DNA of 64,000 nucleotides, taken from the NCBI GenBank assembly GCA_963817525.1, contig CAWFOU010000008.1, forward strand, positions 1-64,000. The letters run 5' to 3'. A model generated the notes under the pieces. That model ran no database searches. It worked only from the letters and a program-made list of their open reading frames with translations, and was not told the DNA's origin. Of this stretch, positions 20,282-29,418 are shown piece after piece. This stretch comes from an uncultured archaeon. Lineage in GTDB: Archaea > Thermoproteota > Nitrososphaeria > Nitrososphaerales > Gagatemarchaeaceae. Position numbers and translations under genes: made by a program. How positions within the stretch are numbered: the stretch's first letter is position 1; each line of letters starts with the position of its first letter.

Positions 20282-20449
20282 ATCAACGTCCTAATGAAGC
20301 ACGAACTGCCTCCCTTGAATATCGAGCTGGAGAACAGGCAAGAGTATTATGAGGCGCTCAGGGAGTATCAGACCAACGGAAACCTGCGTCCTAGCCTCGA
20401 TTTGATGCTGAAGGAGTACCGGCGGCTCAAGGCAGCTCTCAAAAGGTGA
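20282..20449 (+). pseudogene. C-terminal remnant of a Fic-family protein
   Basis: INVLMKHELPPLNIELENRQEYYEALREYQTNGNLRP resembles the helices that follow the Fic motif; the HPFxxGNGR core is absent. Confidence 0.55.
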
Positions 20450-20612
20450 CTACAGTTTCGTGCGTTGTAGTCACCCAGGTTTGGACTCATGAAGGGCTCC
20501 CAAGTGAGGTTGTGGATTCCGTTATCATTAGGGTTCATGGCGCCTCCGCCTGGGCATTTCACTCGCACGTTGAGCTATATGGAGTGGATGGCAGACTTGA
20601 ATCCTATTCTGG

Positions 20613-21098
20613 TTAACGATGGGAAGATGCAATCCCCAGTCTGAATTCTTCCCTGAATCTATTGATCTCATCTGCATTTAGCTTTTCGATGAAATCAAGC
20701 AATTTGGCATTGAACTGCTCGGCTGTTTTGGTCAATTCGATTACTTCTGCCTTCGCAATTTTGAATCCCACGTAATATTGCTTGTCTATTCTCTCCTTCT
20801 TTGCATCCAGAATTTCTGTGTTGTCAAGTGCGAACAGTTCTTTCAGAAGGATTATTGAGGCTGTGTGGTTTTGGCACTTGATGCCAACCACGTACAACAA
20901 CGCTTGCACCGAGTTATACATGCTATAATATGCCATTGTCACGGATTCTTCCAGTTTCTCATTTGCGGAAAGCAATTTGGCTGAGGATAGGTTGCTTTCT
21001 GATTTTTCAAGATAAGATTGTTTAATGGCGATGCTCGGTGAAACGAGTTTCAAAATTCCTTGTTTGTTCAGCTTGATCAGGAAAGGCTCTCTTTTCAA
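20613..21098 (-). CDS. HEPN domain protein
   Basis: YLEKSESNL, AYYSMYNSVQALL, CQNH, RIDKQY; directly downstream of an MNT gene. Confidence 0.85.
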   Translation of the reverse strand: MKREPFLIKLNKQGILKLVSPSIAIKQSYLEKSESNLSSAKLLSANEKLEESVTMAYYSMYNSVQALLYVVGIKCQNHTASIILLKELFALDNTEILDAKKERIDKQYYVGFKIAKAEVIELTKTAEQFNAKLLDFIEKLNADEINRFREEFRLGIASSHR

Positions 21099-21618
21099 AG
21101 AAATCTTCGACGCCCTTTATCACTACGTGAGTTCGGTCTATCTCCTTTATGAGGTTGTTTTCCTTATCGTAGGATCCTATCTTCACACTCAGCCTTGAAT
21201 CAATGTTCTCAATTTCTTTTCTCAGCCTCCTGCTTTGCGTTTCGACAAACAAGTCTATGTCGCTCTTCTTGCTTGCTTCCTTCTTAGCATAAGAACCGAA
21301 TATAACCGCAAGTTTGACCCTTCTATTCTGCTGTAGCTGCTGGACAATTCTTCTAAGCTCTGGATAAGTCTTCAGAAGTTTCGTGAGTTTGTAGAGCTCT
21401 GTCATCAACACAAAGTTTCTCGCTTCGACGGTGCTCTTAATGAAAAATGCTTTGTTTCTCCCTTCGCTACTGGCATCGAGAATGTTCTCTCCCACTAGCT
21501 CTTTTGTCCTTCTCAGAACAGCTGTGTGATTAGTTCCAAGTCTCGCTGCTATTTCTCTGGCATGTAGGTGCTCTCGAAGGAGAATGTCGATTATTTCGAA
21601 TGATAGGTTCTGTTCCAT
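21022..21618 (-). CDS. wHTH-MNT (minimal nucleotidyltransferase) antitoxin
   Basis: N-terminal LHAREIAARLG HTH; FGSYAK...SDIDL (GS-x10-DxD). Confidence 0.88.
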   Translation of the reverse strand: MEQNLSFEIIDILLREHLHAREIAARLGTNHTAVLRRTKELVGENILDASSEGRNKAFFIKSTVEARNFVLMTELYKLTKLLKTYPELRRIVQQLQQNRRVKLAVIFGSYAKKEASKKSDIDLFVETQSRRLRKEIENIDSRLSVKIGSYDKENNLIKEIDRTHVVIKGVEDFFEKRAFPDQAEQTRNFETRFTEHRH

Positions 21619-21641
21619 ATGGAACGCAATTGTTCCATATG
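21612..21641. promoter_or_regulatory. Putative autoregulatory operator over the MNT start codon
   Basis: Perfect palindrome GTTCCATATGGAAC (21612-21625) and partial copy TGTTCCATATG (21631-21641). Confidence 0.55.
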
Positions 21642-22038
21642 ATAATAAAGCTTCCAAAATTGGTTTGGAATGAGGTCAGAAACAATGTGCGCAGTTTAAA
21701 GTTTTAAACTTTATAAAATTCAGGACCGAGGGCTGTTTATACCACTAGCAGTACTAGGTTCGTTCGGCGGAGAGGAAGTTTTGCTGTCTTGCGAATGCCC
21801 GCAATTCGGACATGCGCGGCCATCTGGCGAGACTTGTCTTTCCAATGTGCGAACGCGAGCGTTCGGGGATTTCGCCGCACGTTGGGTTCATTGCGCCTCC
21901 GCCGAGAACACTTCATCCCTGCGTTGGTAGCCGACACGATGCTTGTCATCATGGTGCATCAAGATGTCGACTCCGGTGGAGGCCTTGGGACTGATTGGTC
22001 GTGGCGAAAATTCGCTCTGTCGGAATCTGGGCGCCTGA

Positions 22039-22515
22039 TCAGGACTTGAACGAATCGTAGATGCCGACGGCTATGGCGAGGATGAGGAAGACATTGAACA
22101 CGTAGAACCAGGGCCCAAAGACCCACGAGGGGATCACGAAATCTATGATGATGAGGATGAAGATGACAAATCCTAGGCCCTCCGCATCGTTGTACTTCTG
22201 CGCCGACCTCGACCCTTCATACTCCCTCTCCACCTCGCGGTTGGCCGCTTCCTGGTTCAGCCTGTAAAATAGGACCTCACGCGGGTCATCGTACTTGTCG
22301 GGGCCCAGGGCATCGTACAGGGCCCTCTTCTCGGCGTCCGACAGGACGGCATAGGCTTCGCTTATCTCCTTGAACCTCCCGCCTTCCCCCGCGTCCCTGT
22401 CGGGGTGGTACTGGAACGCGAGTCTCCTGAACGCTTCCTTGATCTCGGCACTCGAAGCCGCCCTCGGCACCCCCAGGACTTCGTAGAAGTCTCGGGTCAA
22501 ACCAGAGCCCCTCAT
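22039..22515 (-). CDS. J-domain protein with two C-terminal transmembrane helices
   Basis: DFYEVLGV...QYHPD...EAYAVLSD; hydrophobic C-terminus; start overlaps the integrase stop. Confidence 0.88.
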   Translation of the reverse strand: MRGSGLTRDFYEVLGVPRAASSAEIKEAFRRLAFQYHPDRDAGEGGRFKEISEAYAVLSDAEKRALYDALGPDKYDDPREVLFYRLNQEAANREVEREYEGSRSAQKYNDAEGLGFVIFILIIIDFVIPSWVFGPWFYVFNVFLILAIAVGIYDSFKS

Positions 22516-23787
22516 CCAGGAGCCGTGCCCCGCTGCGCCTTAGCGGCACCTCCTGCGGGACTTGGCCCCTCGGGAGCCGGCGTCTTGAGGTACTTCTCCA
22601 GGAGACCCCTGAGCTCTGACACCTCCTTCTTGGTGCTCTCCTCCTTCACCGCGACCTTCGCCCTCTCCGCCTGGTCCAGGGGCGAAGCACACCTGGGGCA
22701 GTAGAGCATCCCGGGGGAGGCCTTCTCCTGGCACCTCGGGCAGATCACGGGGGAGAAGCTCGGCTTCGGCGGCTCGACGGGCCTCCCCGAGCCGTAGACC
22801 TGCTGGTACTTCTGGTCCAGGTCGCCGCCCGAGAGGTGGACGTACCTCCCCGGGACCTTGGAGCTGGGCGACCACCCGAACATCAGCCTCATCTCGGCGT
22901 CGGTGAGGAACCTCGCGTTCCTCGTCGCGCTCCCGTGCCTGAACATGTACATGTGGCACCGCCCCTTCCTGAGGCCCGCCTTCGACCCCGCCTCCTTGAC
23001 GAGCTTGTCAGCTGCGAGCCAGCTCATCGGCTGGTTCAGGTGGTTGGTGGAGGTCGTCAGCCAGAGCGGGGCGTTGGGGTCGCTCCTGTAGGGGTGGGTC
23101 GAGATATGGTCGGCGAGGTAGGCGGCCGAGGAGATCAGCCTCAGCGTCCTCCACCCCGTCTTCCCCTGCCTGATCTGGACCACGACCCCGTTATCGTCGA
23201 ACGTCAGGTCCCCGATCCGGAGAAGGAGGAACTCCGACGGCCTCCCGCCCATCTCCCCGTAGGCCGCGAGGAACGCCTTGTCCCTGAGCCTGTCGGTGGC
23301 CCTGATCATGCCCTCGACCTCCTGGTCGGTGAAGAAGAGGGGCGCCCGCCTCTCGGACTCCTTCACGTTCTTCCTGAGCCACCTTACCTCGTCGGGGTAG
23401 GGGGTCTCCTGGTCGGTGTCACCGTACCTGACGAACTTCTGGAACCGTCTTCACGACCATGTGGAAGTCCGCCATCGTCTCCGCGGAGTAGTGCCGCACC
23501 TCCCCCGTCCTCTTGCTGACGATCTCGTGGTCGGCGAGCTTCGTCATGAGGTCCTCGATGTCCTTCCTCTTCGCCCTCCTCCATGGCACGCGGAGCATGT
23601 GCGACGCGGTGCGCACCATGTTGGCGTACTTCGCCTGCCTGCCCGTGGAGACCCGCAGGGCCTTGATGTGCTCCAGGAACGCGAGCAGCAGCTTCCTGTC
23701 CTCATCCCTCAGCGTCGGGTCGTTGTTCACCCTAGAGAGCGCGTTCTTGAGGTTGTACTCGTAGTCGTGGATGAGGTCCGGGGTCAT
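22512..23787 (-). CDS. Tyrosine recombinase/integrase with C-terminal zinc ribbon; one apparent +1 frameshift near 23449
   Basis: GGRPSE, GKTG, HMYMFRH, FGWS, RYVHL; CPRC-x10-CPRC; N-terminal part is in ORF 23419..23847; adjacent to a tRNA 3' end. Confidence 0.9.
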
Positions 23788-23859
23788 ACGGTACGGGCCC
23801 TCTTTCGTATTTAAGGCGGGGTACCCAGAAAGTCGGGGATTTGCCAATGTGGGATAAGG

Positions 23860-23955
23860 TGCCCCGGGCGGGATTCGATCCCGCGTCGCCGACTCGAAAG
23901 GCCAGCATACTCTCGATACTGTTTGGTCAGTTTGACCGGACTATACTACCGGGGC
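23860..23955 (-). tRNA. tRNA-Glu(TTC) with a ~21-nt intron in the D-loop region
   Basis: Acceptor GCCCCGG/CCGGGGC-A, anticodon arm CTGGC-CTTTCGA-GTCGG, T arm GCGGG-ATCGAAT-CCCGC; extra segment at ~23912-23932. Confidence 0.9.
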
Positions 23956-24137
23956 CCTTGTGGACGGGCCTCCCGAGAGCACCAATTAGAGGTTTGCCCA
24001 TGGCAAGCGTCGCCAGGACGATTCTTCAGGGAAGATGAACGGACTGAAGATCGGCTGCAGCTCCTAACAGCGTTAGACGGGCAAGGTGCCTGTCGACAAT
24101 CCTAAATGCTTCCAGCGCCAACGCGAGAACCGGTAAC

Positions 24138-24710
24138 ATGGATTTGCGGCACGGAATCGGAAAGAAGGCGGAGACCGCGGTCATCGTCGTCGCGATCCTG
24201 TCAATCGTCGGTGGGGTCACCCTGGGCTTGAGCACCGCACTGTCTGCAAGGACCACGACGTCCCTAGCCCAATCTCCCCCCGCTACCACGGCGACCGGCC
24301 AGTCGACTTCCACGTCGTCCTTGGCGACAAGCTGCGCTCTCTCGAACTACCCGGACGTCTTGAACGACACCCTCCCGCTGACGAGCAGCACGCTCCTCGA
24401 GCTGGGTGACAGCATCGTCGGCCTGGGCCTCCAGCCCCATTCAGCGTTCTACTTTGGGTTCACCCCGAGCCAGAACTCAACGGTCACGGGTGAGATTCAA
24501 ACTGGCGCAATCCCCATCACAGTCGAGGTGCTGGGCGGGAACGGGTCGGCAATCACCCAGCCCTTCTTCGACCAGACGGGGACCGATGTGCACGTCGAGG
24601 CAAGCCTTCCGGTCGGGAACACCTACCGCTTGCTACTCGAGAACGGCCAGAAACAGGCCTTGGATTTGTCGATAACTCAGAGTTTGGAGGTGCTCTATCC
24701 GGGTTGCTGA
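24138..24710 (+). CDS. Secreted or membrane-anchored protein with Ser/Thr-rich linker
   Basis: KKAETAVIVVAILSIVGG hydrophobic leader, S/T tract, beta-rich C-terminal domain. Confidence 0.7.
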   Translation: MDLRHGIGKKAETAVIVVAILSIVGGVTLGLSTALSARTTTSLAQSPPATTATGQSTSTSSLATSCALSNYPDVLNDTLPLTSSTLLELGDSIVGLGLQPHSAFYFGFTPSQNSTVTGEIQTGAIPITVEVLGGNGSAITQPFFDQTGTDVHVEASLPVGNTYRLLLENGQKQALDLSITQSLEVLYPGC

Positions 24711-24768
24711 GTCCAAGGTTAGACTGCAGCACGCCTGGCTATCAGACTCTCCGGATGTCGACTCGGCG

Positions 24769-25476
24769 CTATCCCAGATAGCACCATTCGCCGACCTCCT
24801 CCACGGCCAGACTAGAATCGACGCGGACTCCTGGCAGCTCAATGACCGAGCCTCTCGGCAGGTAGGAGGCGGAATCCGCTTCGCCGGAATCGATGGTCCG
24901 GAGGGACGCCAGGAACTCCGACACTGGCAGGCTAGACTCGTAGTAGACCTTCCTTCCGAGCTGAAGAGGCCTCGAGCCTGTCTTTGGCGTGGCCGTGACA
25001 CACCGGATCTGCGAGGAGCGCGAAGCTTTCCCCAGCAGGCGCCTGAGCACGGCGGCTTCGTCTGGCGTGAGGCCGCAGGTGCCTTCTCGCCTCAGGCAGG
25101 TCCAGACCCGAAGCGACTCAAGCCGAGGGAAGAACTGCAAGACGGCGGCGGCCCCCGTCCGCTTCAGCGAGTAGTAACTAGCAGCTCCACCGACCCCCTC
25201 CCTGGGAGAGGCGAGAAGGTCGGGGACCGCGGGGGCGAGGGCGTCGAGCAAGTCGGCACCGGAGCCCGCCAGCCCCAACACGCCGTCGAGCGCGATTCGC
25301 TGATGGCCCTTGACCGCGACCCGTCTACCCGACCCACTCCCCAAGCGGACGGAGAACCCCCTCGCTTCAAGGTGAGCCGACAGCCGCTTTAACTGCGCCT
25401 CCGTAAGCTTCGGGAGCGGGAGGAAGTATCTCCCGAGGGAGGGGACGTGTAACTGGTGGAGCGCGAATCGGAGCAT
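24769..25476 (-). CDS. Hypothetical protein
   Basis: 235-aa ORF filling the gap, divergent from the prenyltransferase. Confidence 0.55.
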   Translation of the reverse strand: MLRFALHQLHVPSLGRYFLPLPKLTEAQLKRLSAHLEARGFSVRLGSGSGRRVAVKGHQRIALDGVLGLAGSGADLLDALAPAVPDLLASPREGVGGAASYYSLKRTGAAAVLQFFPRLESLRVWTCLRREGTCGLTPDEAAVLRRLLGKASRSSQIRCVTATPKTGSRPLQLGRKVYYESSLPVSEFLASLRTIDSGEADSASYLPRGSVIELPGVRVDSSLAVEEVGEWCYLG

Positions 25477-26406
25477 CAGGTCATTACGACAGCCGCAAAA
25501 TATTATATATATCGCGCAGGGCTGAGGCGCACCGGTCCCGCACTTTTGGCCAAGAAAGACCTAGAGTTCCTCGACAGGATTGAGGTCCAGACGACTGAGT
25601 ACCTCGAGAAAATCGACGGGGCCATCGAAGCAGAACTCAGCAGGTACAGAGAGTCCAAGTTCCACGGCCCTCTTCGATATGCCCTCGAGGGGGGGAAGCG
25701 CATCAGGCCCATGGCGCTGCTCCTCGCCGCGAAGGCGGTGGGAAACACCGACGACACAAAGGCCCTCGACGCGGCCGTCGCGGTCGAGCTCTTGCACGCC
25801 GAGTCGATAATCCACGACGACATCATAGACCAGGAGGCGTCGAGGCGTGGCAGGGCCGCCTTCCACGTCAGGTACGGATACAGCACGTCGCTGCTCACCG
25901 CCGACTTTGTCTTCGCGATGATCCTCGCCATAGCCGCGAGGTATCCCGACAGGAGGGTCGCAGCCACGATAAGCAACGCGGCCATGAACATGTGCGAGGG
26001 CGAGTACGCCGAGCTCACGATCGACCCGGAGGTGTACAAGCTCGACTGGGACGAGTACCTCGAGGTAATCTCCAAGAAGACCGCGTCGCTCTTCGAGACG
26101 GCGGTGAGGCTCGGAGGGCTCGTCGCGGGGGCATCCACAGAGAAGCTCGACGCGCTCACGGAGTACGGGAGATACCTTGGGATCGCCTACCAGATACACG
26201 ACGACATACTCGACTGGGGGACGGAGGACAAGATCACTGCCGCCCTCAAGAAGAGGGGGGACGAGAGGATGCTCCTGGCGAGGCTCCAGACGATGACCGA
26301 CTCCTACGCGAAAAAGGCGAAGGAGAGGCTCTCGGCCCTGGAAGAGAACTCGGCGACCGCGCTCCTACGCGAGCTGGCCGACTTTTCTGTGAAGCGCGAC
26401 TTTTAG
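25456..26406 (+). CDS. Polyprenyl diphosphate synthase (GGPP synthase-like)
   Basis: GGKRIRP, HDDIID, KKTASLF, YQIHDDILD; true start probably downstream of 25456. Confidence 0.93.
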   Translation: MERESEHQVITTAAKYYIYRAGLRRTGPALLAKKDLEFLDRIEVQTTEYLEKIDGAIEAELSRYRESKFHGPLRYALEGGKRIRPMALLLAAKAVGNTDDTKALDAAVAVELLHAESIIHDDIIDQEASRRGRAAFHVRYGYSTSLLTADFVFAMILAIAARYPDRRVAATISNAAMNMCEGEYAELTIDPEVYKLDWDEYLEVISKKTASLFETAVRLGGLVAGASTEKLDALTEYGRYLGIAYQIHDDILDWGTEDKITAALKKRGDERMLLARLQTMTDSYAKKAKERLSALEENSATALLRELADFSVKRDF

Positions 26407-27896
26407 AGGCCTAGGAGCGGGGGCACGGCCTTCTGCAGCAGCGATATCACAGTGCCGGGGAATAACCCGAACGCTACGATAAGCGCCACCAGGACGCCGA
26501 AGATCAGGATCATAGAGAGCGGCTCCTCCACGGGGGATGCGTCGCCTTCGGGCTCGTCCAGGTACATGCGCTTGATCACCCACCCATAGTAGCCCATGCT
26601 CAACGCGCTGTTGAGGACGCCGGCGACGGCGAGCCATGCGAATGGCGAGTTGAGCACCGACGTGAAGAGGAGGAGCTTGCTCCAGAACCCGCTGAGCGGG
26701 GGGACGCCTGCGAGCGCGAGGAAGGATATGGCCATCGCGAAGGCGGTGACCGGCATCCGCTTCCCGAGCCCGTTGAATGTCTCGAGGGCCCCGCTCCCGA
26801 GCTTGAATATCACCAGGCCGGCCCCGACGAACGCGACCCCCTTCATCACGGAGTGGTTGACAATGTGGAAGAGCGCGCCCTCCATCCCGAGCTGGGCCTG
26901 CGCCGCGAAGGCGGGGTTCCCCTGCCCGTAGGAGTAGATTACAAAGCCGATGAGGATGTAGCCCGCCTGAGCGATGCTAGAGTAGGCGAGGAGGCGCGTC
27001 ATGCTCTTCTGCGTGAGCGCGGCGAGGTTCCCGAGGGTCATCGTGAGGAGGGCGAGGACGGCGAGGACGTTGGGTATCGTGAAGAGGCCTCCATGGGGCG
27101 TCAGCGAGTAGACGGTCGAGATCGCGAGGACGACCCTGATCAGGGCGACGAAGCCCGCCTTCTTGGTGCCCGCGGCGAAGAGCGCGGCGACGGGAGTCGG
27201 CGCCCCCTCGTAGGCGTCCGGCGCCCACATGTGGAAGGGCACTATCGACATCTTGAACCCGAAGCCCACGATGAAGAGGAGGACGGCCAGCCCGGCGACG
27301 GGGTCCGTGAGCTGCGAGCCGAGCGAGGTGGCGGCCGCGGCGATGTTCGTCGTGCCCGTCAGGCCGTAGGTGAGGCTGATGGCGTAGAGGATGATGGCCG
27401 ACGAGAGCGCGCCCAGGACGGCGTACTTGACGGCGGCCTCGTTCGACTCCTCCCTGCCCTTCTGGAAGCCCGCGAGCGCGTAGGTGGGGATGCTCATCAG
27501 CTCCCACGCCACGAAGAGCATCAGGAGGTCGACCGAGTACGAGATGAGGAGCATCCCGAGCGCGGCGAACGAAAGGAGCGAATAGTAGAACGAGGAGTTG
27601 CTCGACTTGCCCGAGGGGACGAGCGTCAGCGACGCGGCCGCGACGAAGAGCGTCACGAAGAGCGTCAGGATGGCGAAGAGGTTGCCCAGCGAGTCAGAGG
27701 CGAGGAGCGTCCCGAAGGGCGCCGTGCTGGTCGACCCCGTTGCCGCGTTGAGGGCAATCGATAGGAGCGCCAGCAGGAGGGCGGCGATGAGGAGGTAGCC
27801 TGGGAGCTTCCCGCGCTGCCCCATGAACTGGAGGAAGGGGACGCCCAGCGCGGCCGCGGAGAGGACCACTATCGCGAAGAGGACATAGTCCGACAT
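26403..27896 (-). CDS. nuoN: Complex I subunit N
   Basis: EAAVKY, FKMSIVPFHMWAPDAYEGAP, RLLAYSSIAQAGY. Confidence 0.95.
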   Translation of the reverse strand: MSDYVLFAIVVLSAAALGVPFLQFMGQRGKLPGYLLIAALLLALLSIALNAATGSTSTAPFGTLLASDSLGNLFAILTLFVTLFVAAASLTLVPSGKSSNSSFYYSLLSFAALGMLLISYSVDLLMLFVAWELMSIPTYALAGFQKGREESNEAAVKYAVLGALSSAIILYAISLTYGLTGTTNIAAAATSLGSQLTDPVAGLAVLLFIVGFGFKMSIVPFHMWAPDAYEGAPTPVAALFAAGTKKAGFVALIRVVLAISTVYSLTPHGGLFTIPNVLAVLALLTMTLGNLAALTQKSMTRLLAYSSIAQAGYILIGFVIYSYGQGNPAFAAQAQLGMEGALFHIVNHSVMKGVAFVGAGLVIFKLGSGALETFNGLGKRMPVTAFAMAISFLALAGVPPLSGFWSKLLLFTSVLNSPFAWLAVAGVLNSALSMGYYGWVIKRMYLDEPEGDASPVEEPLSMILIFGVLVALIVAFGLFPGTVISLLQKAVPPLLGL

Positions 27897-29416
27897 CAGA
27901 AGTTCAGGGCTCCGTGGACAAGGTTCGCCGTCCACTGCGCGACGGGGGCGGCGGGCGAGAGTATCAGGAATGAGAAGACCGTGAGCACCACCAGCGGGAC
28001 GAGGTAGAGCGCGACAACCGTGGCGTCTGCCCTGGAGATGTCCGCTACGGGCGCTGACGAGGCGGTGACCGGGGCGGGAGGCACGTGGTCAATGATGACG
28101 CGCTTCAGCATCCAGAGGAAGTAGCCTCCCGTGATGACGGGGACGACGACGGTGATCGCCGCGGGGGCGTACGCGGAGATCCCGCCTGAGATGACCATGA
28201 GCTCTGCGAGGAAGCTCGCGAAGGGCGGTATCCCCATCGTGGCGGCGCTCCCCACCGCGAGGAGGGCTGCCATGACCGGGGCGCGCTGCCCCATCCCCCC
28301 GAGGAGAGGGATCTTCCTCGTCCCAGAGTGCTTCTCGACGAATCCGGAGACGGTGAAGAGCGAGCTGGTCGCGAGGGCGTGCGTGAACATCAGCAGGATC
28401 GCGCCCTCGATCCCCAGCGGGTTGCCCGAGAGGACGGTCGCGAACGCCCCGAAGAGGACGAAGCCCATGTGGCTGATGCTCGTGTAGGCGAACATCCGCT
28501 TGAGGTCGCTCTGGAGGAGGGCCACCACCGCGCCGTAGAACATCGAGAACACCGCCACGATGATGAAGGCCCACGCGTACTGGTAGGCCGCCTGCGGGAA
28601 GAGTCCTAGGGCGATCCTGATGACCGCGTACCCAGCGAACTTCGGGAGTATCCCTGAGAGGAGGGCGTTGACCGGGGCGGGCGCCTGCTCGTAAGCGTCC
28701 GGCTGCCAACTGTGGAAGGGGAAGACCGGGAGCTCCACCGCGCAGCCCACGAAGACGGCGAGGAGGGGGAGGTACTGGAGCCCCGCGGGGATGCCGAGCC
28801 TCGCGAGGTCGGGTATGTCGAAGGTGGAGAGCGAGACCCCGAAGTAGAGGGCGAGGAACCCGAGGAGCATCACCGCGCTCCCTGCGAAGGTGAAGATGAT
28901 GAACTTCAGAGCCGCGTACTTCCTCCTGTCGCCCCCCCATACCCCGATGAGGAAGAACATCGGGATGAGCGTGAGCTCCCAGAAGAGGTAGAAGACGACC
29001 AGGTTCAGGGAAGTGAACGTCCCCATCGACGAGGCCACGACCAGGAGGAGGAGCGAGTAGTAGACGGGCTCCCTCTTGTCTATGAGGGCCTTCGAGCTGA
29101 GGATCGAGAGGACGGCCACCATCCCGGTCACGAGGACTAGGGGAGCGCTCAGGCCGTCGAGCCCCAGCAGGATGTCCACCCCGAAGCCGGGCAGGGTGAT
29201 CCAGGGGTGGTCCTCGACCAGGGCGTAGTTGCCGAGCGCCGGGGTGTGGGCGTAAACGAACCAAAAGTCGTAGCCCGCGATCAGGAGGGTCGCGCACGCA
29301 AAGGCGGCCGCGATGTAGGGGGCGCTCTTCCTGGCGCCTCCCATGCTGGAGACCGCGAAGGTGACGCCGCTCCCCAGGAGGGGGACGATGATGAGCAGCG
29401 AGAGGTCGTAGCCCAT
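27896..29416 (-). CDS. nuoM: Complex I subunit M (second copy)
   Basis: LGLDGLS, FYLFWELTLIPMFFLIGVWG, PVFPFHSWQPDAY, FAYTSISHMG. Confidence 0.92.
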   Translation of the reverse strand: MGYDLSLLIIVPLLGSGVTFAVSSMGGARKSAPYIAAAFACATLLIAGYDFWFVYAHTPALGNYALVEDHPWITLPGFGVDILLGLDGLSAPLVLVTGMVAVLSILSSKALIDKREPVYYSLLLLVVASSMGTFTSLNLVVFYLFWELTLIPMFFLIGVWGGDRRKYAALKFIIFTFAGSAVMLLGFLALYFGVSLSTFDIPDLARLGIPAGLQYLPLLAVFVGCAVELPVFPFHSWQPDAYEQAPAPVNALLSGILPKFAGYAVIRIALGLFPQAAYQYAWAFIIVAVFSMFYGAVVALLQSDLKRMFAYTSISHMGFVLFGAFATVLSGNPLGIEGAILLMFTHALATSSLFTVSGFVEKHSGTRKIPLLGGMGQRAPVMAALLAVGSAATMGIPPFASFLAELMVISGGISAYAPAAITVVVPVITGGYFLWMLKRVIIDHVPPAPVTASSAPVADISRADATVVALYLVPLVVLTVFSFLILSPAAPVAQWTANLVHGALNF

Positions 29417-29418
29417 GG

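Larger units (their letters stand above)
1..23860. mobile_element. Integrative island inserted at tRNA-Glu; far boundary not seen
   Basis: Integrase abuts the tRNA 3' end; defence, TA, IS and ArdC cargo; patchy lower GC; no second att copy found in the window. Confidence 0.75.

Noticed and set aside
1-23859. Second att copy of the tRNA-Glu 3' end
   Set aside because: No match to TGCCCCGGGCGGGATTCGA found by eye; the boundary probably lies left of the window or has decayed
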